Source of the DNA: Vulcanimicrobiaceae bacterium
Lineage (GTDB): Bacteria > Vulcanimicrobiota > Vulcanimicrobiia > Vulcanimicrobiales > Vulcanimicrobiaceae
NCBI GenBank assembly: GCA_050010375.1
Contig: JBEKLD010000004.1
Coordinates: 2,187-66,186, forward strand
Length of the DNA: 64,000 nt
Direction: 5' to 3'
Shown here: positions 9,027-18,430 of the stretch, piece by piece
How positions within the stretch are numbered: the stretch's first letter is position 1
Layout of the letters: every line of letters starts with the position of its first letter
Program-made: the position numbers and the translations under genes
The notes under the pieces: generated by a model
What the model was told of the DNA's origin: nothing
The model's database searches: none
What the model saw: the letters and a program-made list of their open reading frames with translations, nothing else

Positions 9027-11825
9027 CTAGTTGCCCGTGTGCAGCCTCAGGGAGAGCCGGACGATGCGCGGCATCGCCGAGATCGCCGCCGGCGTGAACG
9101 ACGTCTGCTCTTCCTGACCGGCCGCGTTGAGCGTCCCGGCGACCAACGGCGTGCCGACGCCCGGCATCGCCAGGTACGTCAGGTAGTTGTTCGTGTTGAG
9201 CAGGTTCTCGACGCTGAGGTGGACGTCCAGTGACCCGGTGACGGGCCGGTTGACGGCGAGGTCGACGAGCGCGAAGGGCGGCTGGAAGTACGAGTTGTTC
9301 TTCCCTTCATAGTCGACGCCCAGGTGCAGGTAGGTCTTGTCGGCCCATCGGTAGTTGAGGTCGGCGTAGCCCTTCAAGTACGGAATGCACGTCTCGATCC
9401 CCGGCGCCGCGACGCCGTTGCCGCAGACCTGGACGCCGTTGACCGGGAAGCTCGCCACGCCGACCGAGTAGATCGACGGCGGGATGCCGTTGATGACCGA
9501 ACGCTCGGCGGCAGCCGAGATGCTGTATCCGAACCCGACGAGCGGCGCGTGGGTGTACTTCAGGATCGCCATCTCGGTCTGCAGCCGCGCGACGTTGATC
9601 GGCGAGAAGATTCCCTCGCAGCACTGTCCGTTGTAGAGAATGTTCGTCGTCGCCTGTTCGAAGACGTCGTGGATGACCGACGATTGGAGGTCGAAACTCA
9701 GCACCGATCGGCCGGAAAACCGCTTGTCGACGCCGAGGTCGACAGCCGTGTTGACCTCCGGCTCGAGGTTCGGGTTCTTCTCGGTGAGCGTCCCGCCGAC
9801 TTCGTACGGCGGTCCCAGCGAGATGGCCGGCGTCTCGTAGGTGGCCAGACCGCTGAGCTGGCCGAGGAACGGGAAGGTCGTCGACGTGCCCCACGCCGCA
9901 CGGTACGAAACGTCGTTCGCCGGGTGCAGCGTCAGCGCGACGTGCGGGTCGAAGCGCGCGATGGTGCGCTCGAAGCCGACTAGGGTCGAGTTCGTGAGCG
10001 AGACCGGCTCGACGCCGATCGCCGTGAACCGCGTGTCGTACAGGCCGACGTCGATGCCCAGGTTGCGGATCAGGTTCAAGTCCGCGGTGAGCGAGAACGT
10101 CGAGTAGCGGTCGGCCGAGAACGGCACCGAGACGAACGACGGGTTGTCGATGTACGCGAACGTACTCTGCCCGTGGAAGTCGTAGGTGAAGTTCAGCAGG
10201 CTGTCGCCGAACGGATGCAGGTAGGAGAACGTGGTGCCGTACAGTTTGTCGATCTCGTAGGTCGAGTAGAGGCTGTCGTAGCAGGCGACCTGACCGTTGA
10301 CGACGACCGGGGTCCCATAGCGATCCGTCGTGCTCCCGTACGACGCTCCGCACGCGTTGTCGAAGTCGTCGCCCGTGAACGGAGGGCCCGTCGGCGGGGT
10401 CGTGGCGTACAGCGGATTGTAGGTCGGGTTCGGGACGGAGAACAGGATCGGATAGTTCGGCTCGCCTTCGCCGTTGATGATCTCCGGTAGGATCTCGCCG
10501 ACGTACGGACGGACGAGCAGCGTGTCGTTGCCCCCGATCTGCGTGCGCAGCTCGGCGTCGTACAGGGTCTGGTTGTTCCACACGTTCGAGCCCGGGTACC
10601 AGGCCAGCGCGTTGATCGTCCGCCCGTAGTACTGCGAGAACGACGGGTTGCCGCAGATGTCGGGCGGGTTGCCTAGCGTGGGCGCCGCCAAGCACGGAAC
10701 GATCGTCGTCATGCCGAGGTCCGAGCCCCACACGGTGCCCTGCGGATTATAGCCGGCCCACGCACCGAGGTAGCCGACCTCGAACGAGGTGGCGCTCGAG
10801 AAGTTGTACTTGAGTTTGCCCAGCTCGCCTCGCTGATAGAACGAGCCGCTGCCATCACCGCAGAACTGGATGATGCCGCTGTTGCCCGGCGCGTTGTCGG
10901 CGGCGCCGCCGTTCGCCGGCGTGACGTCGCATTGCTGGGTGTGGAAGTAGGGCCCGTTGTAGCCGTCGTAGCCCAGGCCGAGGACATACTGCAGCTTGCC
11001 CTCCGAACCGCTGGCCAGGAAGTGCGTGAACTCCGCGCCGTACTCGTCGATCCCTTGCTCGAGGCGCGCGACGGTGCTCCGCGTGAAGCCGGGCGTCAAC
11101 AAGTTCGCCGTGCCGCCGACGGCGAGGTTCGCGAACGGCGTCGTGTTGCCGGGCCCCGACTGCACCTCGACGCCACCGAGCAGCCACGAGGGGAAGTACT
11201 GGCTCGAGAAGACGCCATATTGACCCAGCGCGATCGGGTGACCGTCGATGAGGACCTGCGTCTCGTACGGCTGCACGCCGCCGACGATGATCGTCGTGTC
11301 GGGCTGGCTGCCCATGTGCTGGATCGTCACGCTCGGCGACTCTTGCAGCACGTCGTTGATCTGCGGGTTACCGACGTTTTGGAACTGCAGCGCGGAGACG
11401 TACTCTTGCTGCGCGGCGGAGGTGTTGAGCGCGATCCCGCTCCCGCGGCTGACGGTCGAGGTCGAGCCGATCGTACGCAGCGATTGCAGCGACGCTTGTC
11501 CGAGACTGACCGTGAGCGCCGGATTCGAGCCGGCGGCCAAGGCCAGGCTATCGGTCGTCGAGGGGAGATAGCCGGGCTTGGTGATGTCGAGGCGATACAA
11601 ACCAGGCGGCACCGTCAGCGTGAAGGCGCCCGCGGCGTCGCTCTCCGTCGACGCCGTCGCCGGCCCGCTCAGCCGGACGCTCGCGCCCGCCACTGGGTCT
11701 CCGCCTGGGGTGTGGACCGTCCCTTGGAGCGTCGCGGTCGCTGCCGGTTGCGCGAAGGCCGAAGCCCCCGCCAGGCCTACGGCAACGGTACATCCGACGA
11801 TGAAGGCAAGCCAGCGTTGCAGCAC
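9027..11825 (-). CDS. TonB-dependent receptor with N-terminal carboxypeptidase-regulatory-like domain
   Basis: Signal peptide, LQGTV...PVAGASV.L.G (CarboxypepD_reg-like), plug (INDVLQESPSV, TQVLIDGHP), NPNLEPE and DLHLSVENLLN barrel motifs; 932 aa. Confidence 0.85.
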   Translation of the reverse strand: MLQRWLAFIVGCTVAVGLAGASAFAQPAATATLQGTVHTPGGDPVAGASVRLSGPATASTESDAAGAFTLTVPPGLYRLDITKPGYLPSTTDSLALAAGSNPALTVSLGQASLQSLRTIGSTSTVSRGSGIALNTSAAQQEYVSALQFQNVGNPQINDVLQESPSVTIQHMGSQPDTTIIVGGVQPYETQVLIDGHPIALGQYGVFSSQYFPSWLLGGVEVQSGPGNTTPFANLAVGGTANLLTPGFTRSTVARLEQGIDEYGAEFTHFLASGSEGKLQYVLGLGYDGYNGPYFHTQQCDVTPANGGAADNAPGNSGIIQFCGDGSGSFYQRGELGKLKYNFSSATSFEVGYLGAWAGYNPQGTVWGSDLGMTTIVPCLAAPTLGNPPDICGNPSFSQYYGRTINALAWYPGSNVWNNQTLYDAELRTQIGGNDTLLVRPYVGEILPEIINGEGEPNYPILFSVPNPTYNPLYATTPPTGPPFTGDDFDNACGASYGSTTDRYGTPVVVNGQVACYDSLYSTYEIDKLYGTTFSYLHPFGDSLLNFTYDFHGQSTFAYIDNPSFVSVPFSADRYSTFSLTADLNLIRNLGIDVGLYDTRFTAIGVEPVSLTNSTLVGFERTIARFDPHVALTLHPANDVSYRAAWGTSTTFPFLGQLSGLATYETPAISLGPPYEVGGTLTEKNPNLEPEVNTAVDLGVDKRFSGRSVLSFDLQSSVIHDVFEQATTNILYNGQCCEGIFSPINVARLQTEMAILKYTHAPLVGFGYSISAAAERSVINGIPPSIYSVGVASFPVNGVQVCGNGVAAPGIETCIPYLKGYADLNYRWADKTYLHLGVDYEGKNNSYFQPPFALVDLAVNRPVTGSLDVHLSVENLLNTNNYLTYLAMPGVGTPLVAGTLNAAGQEEQTSFTPAAISAMPRIVRLSLRLHTGN

Positions 11826-11838
11826 CAGAGTCCCCCTG

Positions 11839-11876
11839 AAAAAAGAAGCCCGACGTCGAGGGAGCCCTCGACGCCG
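11839..11876 (-). terminator. Hairpin plus U-tract immediately upstream of the TBDR SD (terminator/attenuator candidate)
   Basis: Minus strand CGGCGTCGAGG-GCTC-CCTCGACGTCG-GGCTTCTTTTTT then CAGGGGGA SD. Confidence 0.45.
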
Positions 11877-11955
11877 ACGTTAAGGTTGGGATAATGGTGC
11901 GATCGGGTATCGGATGCCTGCTTGACGCTCGGAGCGTGTGCGAGGCTACGCCGAA

Positions 11956-12810
11956 TCAGTTCGTCGAGAGGAGTCCGCGCACCGGGAACGACGTGTCGCG
12001 CTGGATCCAGTTCTGCGGCGAGTAGCGCGAGCGGCCGTCGACGACGTGCAGTGTGTACGCGTGCCGCGAGGTCTCCGAGCGGTTCGGCGCGCTGTAATGC
12101 GGCAGCAGCCCGTGAAAGACGACCAGCGCGCCCGCGTCGACCTCGACCGGCTCGGCCTCGGCTTGGGTCGGCCAGGGCGTGGCATCGAGCTGCTCCATCC
12201 GGCTGCCGCGGCCGTCGACGGCGAACCGCTCGCGCAGCGGCGTGCGGTGGCCGCCGCGCTGCACCCACAGGCAGCCGTTGCTGCGGTCGGCGCGCTCGAG
12301 CGCGAACCACAGCGTCGTCACCGTGATCGGCTCGCTCGCGAAGTACGTCGCGTCCTGGTGCCAGCGCACCTCACCGCCGATGTGCGGCTGCTTGAAGATG
12401 TACATTGACTGATAGACCTGCGGCTCGCCGATCCCGACCTCGCGCACGAGCGCGTCCAATTCGGGCCCGTGCGAGAAGTCCGCGAACACCGGGTCGAGAT
12501 CGTGCATCGCGTGGCCGATCTTGTTGATCGAGAGCGCCTTCGGCTGCCGCAGCTCGCCGTCAGGCCCGAACGCCTCTTCTTCGAAGAAGCAGCGCACCGT
12601 CGTACCGGAAGTCAGGAAGTACTCGTCCTGCTTCGTCTTGCTCTCATCGCGAGTGGTGAAGATCGCGCGCGTCGCCGCGGCGTCGAAGTCTTCCACGATC
12701 TGAGCGGCGCGCGCCCGCAGCGCGGCGACCTGTTCGGCCGTCTTGAAGTCCGGGATGACCACGAAGCCGTCGGCCTCGAATCGTTCCCGAAGGGAGGTGC
12801 GGGTCTGCAT
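11956..12810 (-). CDS. Phytanoyl-CoA dioxygenase (PhyH/PHYHD1-like) 2OG-Fe(II) oxygenase
   Basis: INKIGHAMHD, QSMYIFKQPHIGGEVRWHQD (HxD), WFALE.A...NGCL, HGLLPH.S..N.S...R. Confidence 0.88.
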   Translation of the reverse strand: MQTRTSLRERFEADGFVVIPDFKTAEQVAALRARAAQIVEDFDAAATRAIFTTRDESKTKQDEYFLTSGTTVRCFFEEEAFGPDGELRQPKALSINKIGHAMHDLDPVFADFSHGPELDALVREVGIGEPQVYQSMYIFKQPHIGGEVRWHQDATYFASEPITVTTLWFALERADRSNGCLWVQRGGHRTPLRERFAVDGRGSRMEQLDATPWPTQAEAEPVEVDAGALVVFHGLLPHYSAPNRSETSRHAYTLHVVDGRSRYSPQNWIQRDTSFPVRGLLSTN

Positions 12811-12848
12811 CCCGCACCCTTCGCGCGCGCGCGGTCGCGCGCCTCGGA

Positions 12849-13019
12849 TCAGCTGCGGCGCTTGCGCGCGGCGGCGCTCTTCTTCTTGCGGCGGACGCTG
12901 GGTTTCTCGTAGTGCTCGTGCTTGCGCGCCTCGGCCAGGACGCCGGCCTTCTGGGTCGCCTTCTTGAAGCGACGCAGAGCGCTCTCGATCGTCTCGCCGG
13001 GTGCGACTCGAATCTCCAT
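12849..13019 (-). CDS. rpsU: 30S ribosomal protein S21
   Basis: [20 protein letters not shown]...[14 protein letters not shown]; GGAGG SD. Confidence 0.95.
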   Translation of the reverse strand: MEIRVAPGETIESALRRFKKATQKAGVLAEARKHEHYEKPSVRRKKKSAAARKRRS

Positions 13020-13088
13020 ACTACGTGAACACCTCCCTCCGCGCGGCAAATGCCGGCCCGTGGCCCGCGCAGACGGGCCCGACTTGGG

Positions 13089-13097
13089 ACGATACCA
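13089..13097 (-). promoter_or_regulatory. Extended -10-like element TG-G-TATCGT upstream of rpsU
   Basis: TGnTAnnnT in the HIT-rpsU gap. Confidence 0.4.
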
Positions 13098-13121
13098 CAG
13101 GCGGGCCCAGGCGTCCAGCAC

Positions 13122-13478
13122 TTATCCCGGCGGCCAGTCCATCGGGCGGCCGGCCAGCACGTGGGCGTGGAGGTGGAAGACCGATTGCCCGGCGTCGGGC
13201 CCCTCGTTGATCACGACCCGGTAGCCGCCCGGCCCGAGCTGCCGTCCGATCGCGGAGGCGGTCGTCAGCAGCCGCCCGGCGCTCTCGGCCGCGGCATCGC
13301 CGGCGCCGACGAAGTCGCTTAGGCTCTCGGCGTGCTCGGTCGGGATCACCAGCACGTGGACCGGCGCCTGCGGATTGAGATCGTGGAACGCGACGACGTG
13401 TTCGTCGCGATAGACTTCGTTGGCCGCGATCTCGCGGCGCACGATCTTGCAGAAGACGCAAGCGTCGGCCGTCGGCAT
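13122..13478 (-). CDS. hinT: Histidine triad nucleotide-binding protein (Hint)
   Basis: CVFCKI, DLNPQAPVHVLVIP, GQSVFHLHAHVL. Confidence 0.9.
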   Translation of the reverse strand: MPTADACVFCKIVRREIAANEVYRDEHVVAFHDLNPQAPVHVLVIPTEHAESLSDFVGAGDAAAESAGRLLTTASAIGRQLGPGGYRVVINEGPDAGQSVFHLHAHVLAGRPMDWPPG

Positions 13479-13503
13479 GTCAGCTCCCTCGCTGGTGCAT
13501 CGA

Positions 13504-15051
13504 TTACTTGGACGTGGTGCGGACGGTGAACGTCCAACTGCGGCTGCTCACGTTCCCGGCGTTGTCGGCGACCGAGACCTTCACGGTGACCGGGCCGTTG
13601 GAGAGCGCGAGGCTCGGGCTGTAGATGATGAACCGATCGGTCCGCGTCGACGAGGGCGTCACGTCGAGGCCGTTGACCTCGATCCGTGCGCTCGAAGAAT
13701 TGATCCCGACGTCGGTCGGCGACTGGTAGGTGGCGTAGATCGAGGGGCGGTCGTTGTTGACGGTCTGCCCGAAGGTCGGCGCGATGTCGACGATCTGCGG
13801 CGGCGTCACCGTCACCGAGACCAGCGTCGCGGCTTCGGCCCGCGGCGCCGCGGCGCCGCCGACGATCAGGTGCCCGTAGACCGAGGTGCGACCGAAGTTC
13901 ACCGCGGGCGCCACCGTGTAGGTCGTCGTGTAGAGACCGGGCTCCGTCTCGCGCAGCGGCAACCCGGTCAGATAGGATCCGATGTCGAACGTCGCTGTCC
14001 CGCCGGGCGTGCCGTGCAGTGTGACATGGAAGCTCTCGCCTGCGCGCAGCGGCCCCGGGACGTCGACGCTGAGCGAGGTGATCTGGACGGCGCCCGGCGG
14101 CCCCGGCGTCGAGGGCATCGCCCGCGCGACTAGGATCTCGCGTTTCTCTTGGGTGTCCGGATTCAGCCGCACGATCACGCTGTCGCCGACCCGCAGGTCG
14201 GCCAACGTCGCCGGCTGCTCGTCGAGTTCGATCGTCGTCGAAGGGTCGGGCGTGACGACGTACCCGCCTTGCAAGACGAAGGTGCTCGGCGAGACCGCGG
14301 CGATCGTCCCGGCACGCGAGGCGTAGCGGACGACGACTTGCGCGACCCGACCGTCCTTGCGCAGGATCACGCTGGCCGCATCGCCGACGCGCAGCGCGTC
14401 GAGCGTGCCCGGCGCCGAGGTGCGCGTGACGACGTCCTGGACCACGATCTGCGCGTCGGAGGTGATCGCGATCGTCCGCTCGCTGGGGCCGCGGGTGAGC
14501 GTCAGCGTCTCCGGCGCCGAGTGGAGGTCGACCGCGCTGACCGTCCCGACCAGCTGCGTCGAACCGCCCGGCGCGTGCTGCTCGAGCCCCTGCGTGCGCC
14601 CGACGATCGAGGAGACGACCTCGACTCGCTGGGCCTTTGCGTCGTAGGTCACTTGCGCGCCCAGCGAATCGGCGACGAAGCGCAACGGGACGTAGGTCGC
14701 GCCGTCGATCTCGGCCGCGGGCGAGTCCATCGTCACGATGTTCGCGTCGATGCTCGCCAAGCGCGACCCGATACGCACGGTGATCCGCTTGCCGGGCGCC
14801 GAGGCGACCAGGGTCATCCCGTCGCGCGCGACTGCGATCCCGAGCGCACTGTAGATGCGCACGACCGGAACCAGCAACCGGCCGCCGACGATCCGGGGCG
14901 CGGGGTCGGTTGGGAGGTCCTCGCCGTTGACGACGATCGCGATCACCCGCACCGGCGCATCGTCCAGCTTCGGCTGCGCGGCAAACGCAGGCGGCCCGGT
15001 CAGCAGCGCGAGCGCAACCAGGACGGCGAGCGGAGCCGGACGACGGGGCAT
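13504..15051 (-). CDS. Secreted copper-amine-oxidase-N-terminal (stalk) domain protein with beta-rich modules
   Basis: Signal peptide; PRIVGGRLLVPV and EIDGATYVPLRFVADSLGAQVTYD are hallmark motifs; Ig-like C-terminus. Confidence 0.75.
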   Translation of the reverse strand: MPRRPAPLAVLVALALLTGPPAFAAQPKLDDAPVRVIAIVVNGEDLPTDPAPRIVGGRLLVPVVRIYSALGIAVARDGMTLVASAPGKRITVRIGSRLASIDANIVTMDSPAAEIDGATYVPLRFVADSLGAQVTYDAKAQRVEVVSSIVGRTQGLEQHAPGGSTQLVGTVSAVDLHSAPETLTLTRGPSERTIAITSDAQIVVQDVVTRTSAPGTLDALRVGDAASVILRKDGRVAQVVVRYASRAGTIAAVSPSTFVLQGGYVVTPDPSTTIELDEQPATLADLRVGDSVIVRLNPDTQEKREILVARAMPSTPGPPGAVQITSLSVDVPGPLRAGESFHVTLHGTPGGTATFDIGSYLTGLPLRETEPGLYTTTYTVAPAVNFGRTSVYGHLIVGGAAAPRAEAATLVSVTVTPPQIVDIAPTFGQTVNNDRPSIYATYQSPTDVGINSSSARIEVNGLDVTPSSTRTDRFIIYSPSLALSNGPVTVKVSVADNAGNVSSRSWTFTVRTTSK

Positions 15052-15091
15052 GGGTGCGATGTTCGCGCGAGCGACGGCGCCGTCCCGCGCT

Positions 15092-16624
15092 TTAGTAGCG
15101 GCGCTCGAACCGTGCGAAGGCTACCTCTTCTCGCCATTCGAGCCGCGCCTTCTCGCTGGTCGCGAGGAGCGCGCGGCAGCGCGGCGACGGCGGCACGACG
15201 ACCAGCGGCTGACCGGCGCACGCCGGCGCCATCGTCGAGAACGCCTCCGGTGCGGCCCACAGCTCCGTGCCGGGGACGAACGCATGCTCGAGGCTGTCGC
15301 GCACCAGTGTCTTGAGGGTCGCGTAGCCGATCCCGTAGCCCTGCACGGCGCGCACGAAGCTCTGCGTCAGATCCGACCGGATCACGCCTTCGTCGTCGGT
15401 CGCCAGCGAGACCGGCACACCGGCGTTCAAGTAGATCAGGATGACGTCCGAGCCGACGCGGCCGGGCTTCACCAGCTCGTGGCTGTAGAGCGGGTCCTCG
15501 ACCAGGATGTGCTTGCGCGCCATCTCGGCGAGCAGCCCTCGCGGGTCGCGTTCGTAGAGGACGTCGAGCCCGTGGCCGATTCGCTCGGCGTGGCCGATCT
15601 CGATCGAGTCGCGGATGTGCGAGGGGTCCTCCATCTCCTCGGGCGGCACCAGACCCGGCACCAACTCGCCGGCGTGCATCGCGATGTGCACCTTCGGGTA
15701 GACCGAATGCAGGTAGCCGAACATCCGCTGCTGGGGCTCGAAGTCGCGCATCGCCGTCTCGTCGTCCTGCGATTCGACCGGGTTGATTGCGACGACGCGC
15801 GGGTCGACGCTGGCGAGCTCGAAGCCGGCCAGCATCTGCGCGAACACGTCCGCCTGCGGCATCGCGCGCAGGACCTGGTTTTGGTAGCGCAGCGTCAGCG
15901 CGCAGCCGGGGTCGGGGTTCGTCGCGCCGCAACGCAGGATGCGCCGCATCCCCTGCTCGGCCACGTCGAGATGCCGCCGCGCGTCGGCGACCACCCCCGG
16001 CATTCCGGCCGCGTCGAGGCGCGACCGCATCGCCGCCAGGTCATCGATCCAGGGAACCTTGCGGCCCAGCGCGTCGGCCTCGCCCTGATCCGGGGTGAGC
16101 ATCGTCTCGAGATAGATCTCGTGCTGGATCGCGGCACGGTGGACGACCTCGGCCAGCATCTCGCCCCAATGCCCGTTCGTCACCCGGTCGAACTTGTAGA
16201 ACGTGGCGAAGAAGTGGCCGAGCATGCTGGGGTCGCTCGGACTGGGCGTGTAGTTCCGCAGCGAGAGCGCGTCGATGGTGAGGATCCGGAAGTCGTAGTC
16301 GGTCAGCGCGCGTGACGCCGGCGAGAGGCCCTTGGCCGGATCGCAGGGCGGCGCGACGATCGCAAAGCTCGCGTCGATGCAGTCGCCGTCGTGCGCGGCG
16401 TACTCGATGTAGCTCTCGGCATAGACCGCGCCGGTGAGGTGGTGGTGCAGGTCGCCGCCCTTGGGCAGCGCTTCGATGAACTCCAGCAGGCGGGTGGGCG
16501 TCCGATCCCGCTCGACCGCGGCGAGGTAGGCGGCGGTTCGATCGGCCGCCGAGGGGACACGTGACGCCCCGGCGGTCGCGAACACGACGATGACGACGAC
16601 GGCGATCGAACGGACGAGCTGCAC
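15092..16624 (-). CDS. Secreted adenosine deaminase (ADGF/ADA2-like)
   Basis: Signal peptide; LPKGGDLHHHL, HAGE, RIGHG and ATDD metal/catalytic motifs; 510 aa. Confidence 0.85.
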   Translation of the reverse strand: MQLVRSIAVVVIVVFATAGASRVPSAADRTAAYLAAVERDRTPTRLLEFIEALPKGGDLHHHLTGAVYAESYIEYAAHDGDCIDASFAIVAPPCDPAKGLSPASRALTDYDFRILTIDALSLRNYTPSPSDPSMLGHFFATFYKFDRVTNGHWGEMLAEVVHRAAIQHEIYLETMLTPDQGEADALGRKVPWIDDLAAMRSRLDAAGMPGVVADARRHLDVAEQGMRRILRCGATNPDPGCALTLRYQNQVLRAMPQADVFAQMLAGFELASVDPRVVAINPVESQDDETAMRDFEPQQRMFGYLHSVYPKVHIAMHAGELVPGLVPPEEMEDPSHIRDSIEIGHAERIGHGLDVLYERDPRGLLAEMARKHILVEDPLYSHELVKPGRVGSDVILIYLNAGVPVSLATDDEGVIRSDLTQSFVRAVQGYGIGYATLKTLVRDSLEHAFVPGTELWAAPEAFSTMAPACAGQPLVVVPPSPRCRALLATSEKARLEWREEVAFARFERRY

Positions 16625-16648
16625 GATGGATCCTTCTTGGCGGTAGTG

Positions 16649-17644
16649 TCAGCGTTTGGCCGCGAGCAAGGCCTCGCGTTCGGCGGCGCTCAGGAAGGCC
16701 ACCTCGAGCGAGTTGCGTTGGGCCGTGCGAATGTCGGCCGGGGTCAGCCCGGCGGCGGGGGCGGCGACCTCGTACTCGTGCCGCCAATCGATTCCGCTGA
16801 CCACCGGATCGTCGGTGTTCAGCGTCGCCAGCAACCCGTGGGCGAGGAACGTCTTCATCGGGTGTTCTGCGTAGCTGGGGACGGTCGCGGTCTGTACGTT
16901 GCTGGTCAAGTTGACCTCGAGCCCGATGCGGTGTTCGGCGAGATAGTCCATCAGCGCTGGGTCGTCGATCGCGTGGATGCCGTGCCCGATGCGCGTCGCC
17001 CCGAGCACGCGCAACGCCGCCCAGATGCTCTCGGGGCCGCCGGCCTCGCCGGCATGGACGGTGATCGCCCAACCCGCCGCCCGGCCGCGCGCGAAGTGTT
17101 CGGCGAACAGCTCGGCCGGCCAGTTCTTCTCGTCGCCGGCGAGATCGAGGGCGACGATCCGCTCCCGCTGCGAGAGCAGCGCGTCCAGCTCGACCGCGCA
17201 GGCCCGCGGGCCGAACGTGCGGCTCAAAATGCCGATCAGCTTGACCTCGATGCCCGCCTCCGCGCGTCCCTCCGCGATGCCGGCGACGACCGCCTCGACG
17301 ACATCGCGCGGATCCAGACCGTGCGGGCGCGCCTGAAAATATGGGCTGAAGCGCAGCTCGACGTAGTCGAGTCCGTCGCGCTTGGCGTCCAGCACGTTCT
17401 CGCGCGCGATGCGGCGGCAAGCGTCGGCGTCGACCAGCACGGCCGTCATCCACTTGAGCTTCTCGAGCCAGGAGACGAGGTCGGGCATCACGCCCTCGAC
17501 CTGGACGTGCGGCCGCAGGGTCTCGACCGTGTCGCCGGGCAGCGCGATGCCGTGCTGTTGCCCTAGCTCGAGGATCGTCTCGAGCCGCACGTTGCCGTCG
17601 AGATGCCGATGGAGATCGATGCGGGGCAGGCTCGGATCGCTCAT
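16649..17644 (-). CDS. add: Adenosine deaminase
   Basis: [40 protein letters not shown]; ATGA overlap with the upstream gene. Confidence 0.93.
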   Translation of the reverse strand: MSDPSLPRIDLHRHLDGNVRLETILELGQQHGIALPGDTVETLRPHVQVEGVMPDLVSWLEKLKWMTAVLVDADACRRIARENVLDAKRDGLDYVELRFSPYFQARPHGLDPRDVVEAVVAGIAEGRAEAGIEVKLIGILSRTFGPRACAVELDALLSQRERIVALDLAGDEKNWPAELFAEHFARGRAAGWAITVHAGEAGGPESIWAALRVLGATRIGHGIHAIDDPALMDYLAEHRIGLEVNLTSNVQTATVPSYAEHPMKTFLAHGLLATLNTDDPVVSGIDWRHEYEVAAPAAGLTPADIRTAQRNSLEVAFLSAAEREALLAAKR

Positions 17645-18417
17645 CGGTGCTTCGCACTCGCGGCGAGGCAGCCGACGAAGTGGACCGTCCAGCGCGCCGC
17701 CGCCGCCGCCGCGATCTGGCCGAGCCGCCGGTAGTCGTTGCCGGGATTCGACTGCGTCCGATTGCTGCCGGCGCGGAACACGATGTGCGGCGTCCCGAGC
17801 TGCGTGCACACCTGCGCGATCGCGGCGCTCTCCATCTCCATGATGTCCGGGTCGAGCTTCGCCTTCAGGTCGGCGATCTTCGCGTCGGAGACGCCGAACA
17901 AGTCGCTGGCGGTCACCACGCCGGTCAGGACGCGCGGTTGGTACCGTTCTCCGTCGACCGTCACCGGCTCAGGTTCGTACGAGGCGATCGAGGCGCGCGC
18001 CAGGCGCAAGAGCGCGGGGTCGGGTTTGTAGTACCACGACGTCATCTGCCCGGGCAGCGGCCCGCGAACATTGCGGTACACCATCCCGGTGTCGGTCAGG
18101 CTGCCGGCGGCGTGGTGGATCGTCTTGGTCGAGATCACCGTATCGCCGGTGCGGATCCGCGGGTTGACGCGCGATCCAGTCCCCGAGACGATCACCTCGC
18201 TCGGGTGGAACGCGTGGACGAACAGCGCCGCGACCATCGCGCCGTTGGTCACCCCGACGCCGGTCACGGCGACGACGACCTTGCGGCCGCGCAGCAACCC
18301 TGTTTGGTATGGGAAACCCGCCAGCGTGCCGGATCGTCGTTTGGTGAGCTGGGCTTGGATGGTGCGGACCTCGGATGGCATCGCGCCCAGGATGAGCGTC
18401 GTTGCGGCTGACGGCAT
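17641..18417 (-). CDS. MTA/SAH-nucleosidase-like (PNP_UDP_1) nucleosidase
   Basis: [37 protein letters not shown]. Confidence 0.85.
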   Translation of the reverse strand: MPSAATTLILGAMPSEVRTIQAQLTKRRSGTLAGFPYQTGLLRGRKVVVAVTGVGVTNGAMVAALFVHAFHPSEVIVSGTGSRVNPRIRTGDTVISTKTIHHAAGSLTDTGMVYRNVRGPLPGQMTSWYYKPDPALLRLARASIASYEPEPVTVDGERYQPRVLTGVVTASDLFGVSDAKIADLKAKLDPDIMEMESAAIAQVCTQLGTPHIVFRAGSNRTQSNPGNDYRRLGQIAAAAAARWTVHFVGCLAASAKHR

Positions 18418-18430
18418 CGAAGAGCTTCTC

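Noticed and set aside
16649-18417. Futalosine (MqnB + aminofutalosine deaminase) menaquinone module
   Set aside because: The Asn motif fits, but no mqnA/C/D/E is nearby, and Add is E. coli-like and linked to a transporter. Kept only as an alternative substrate to test.
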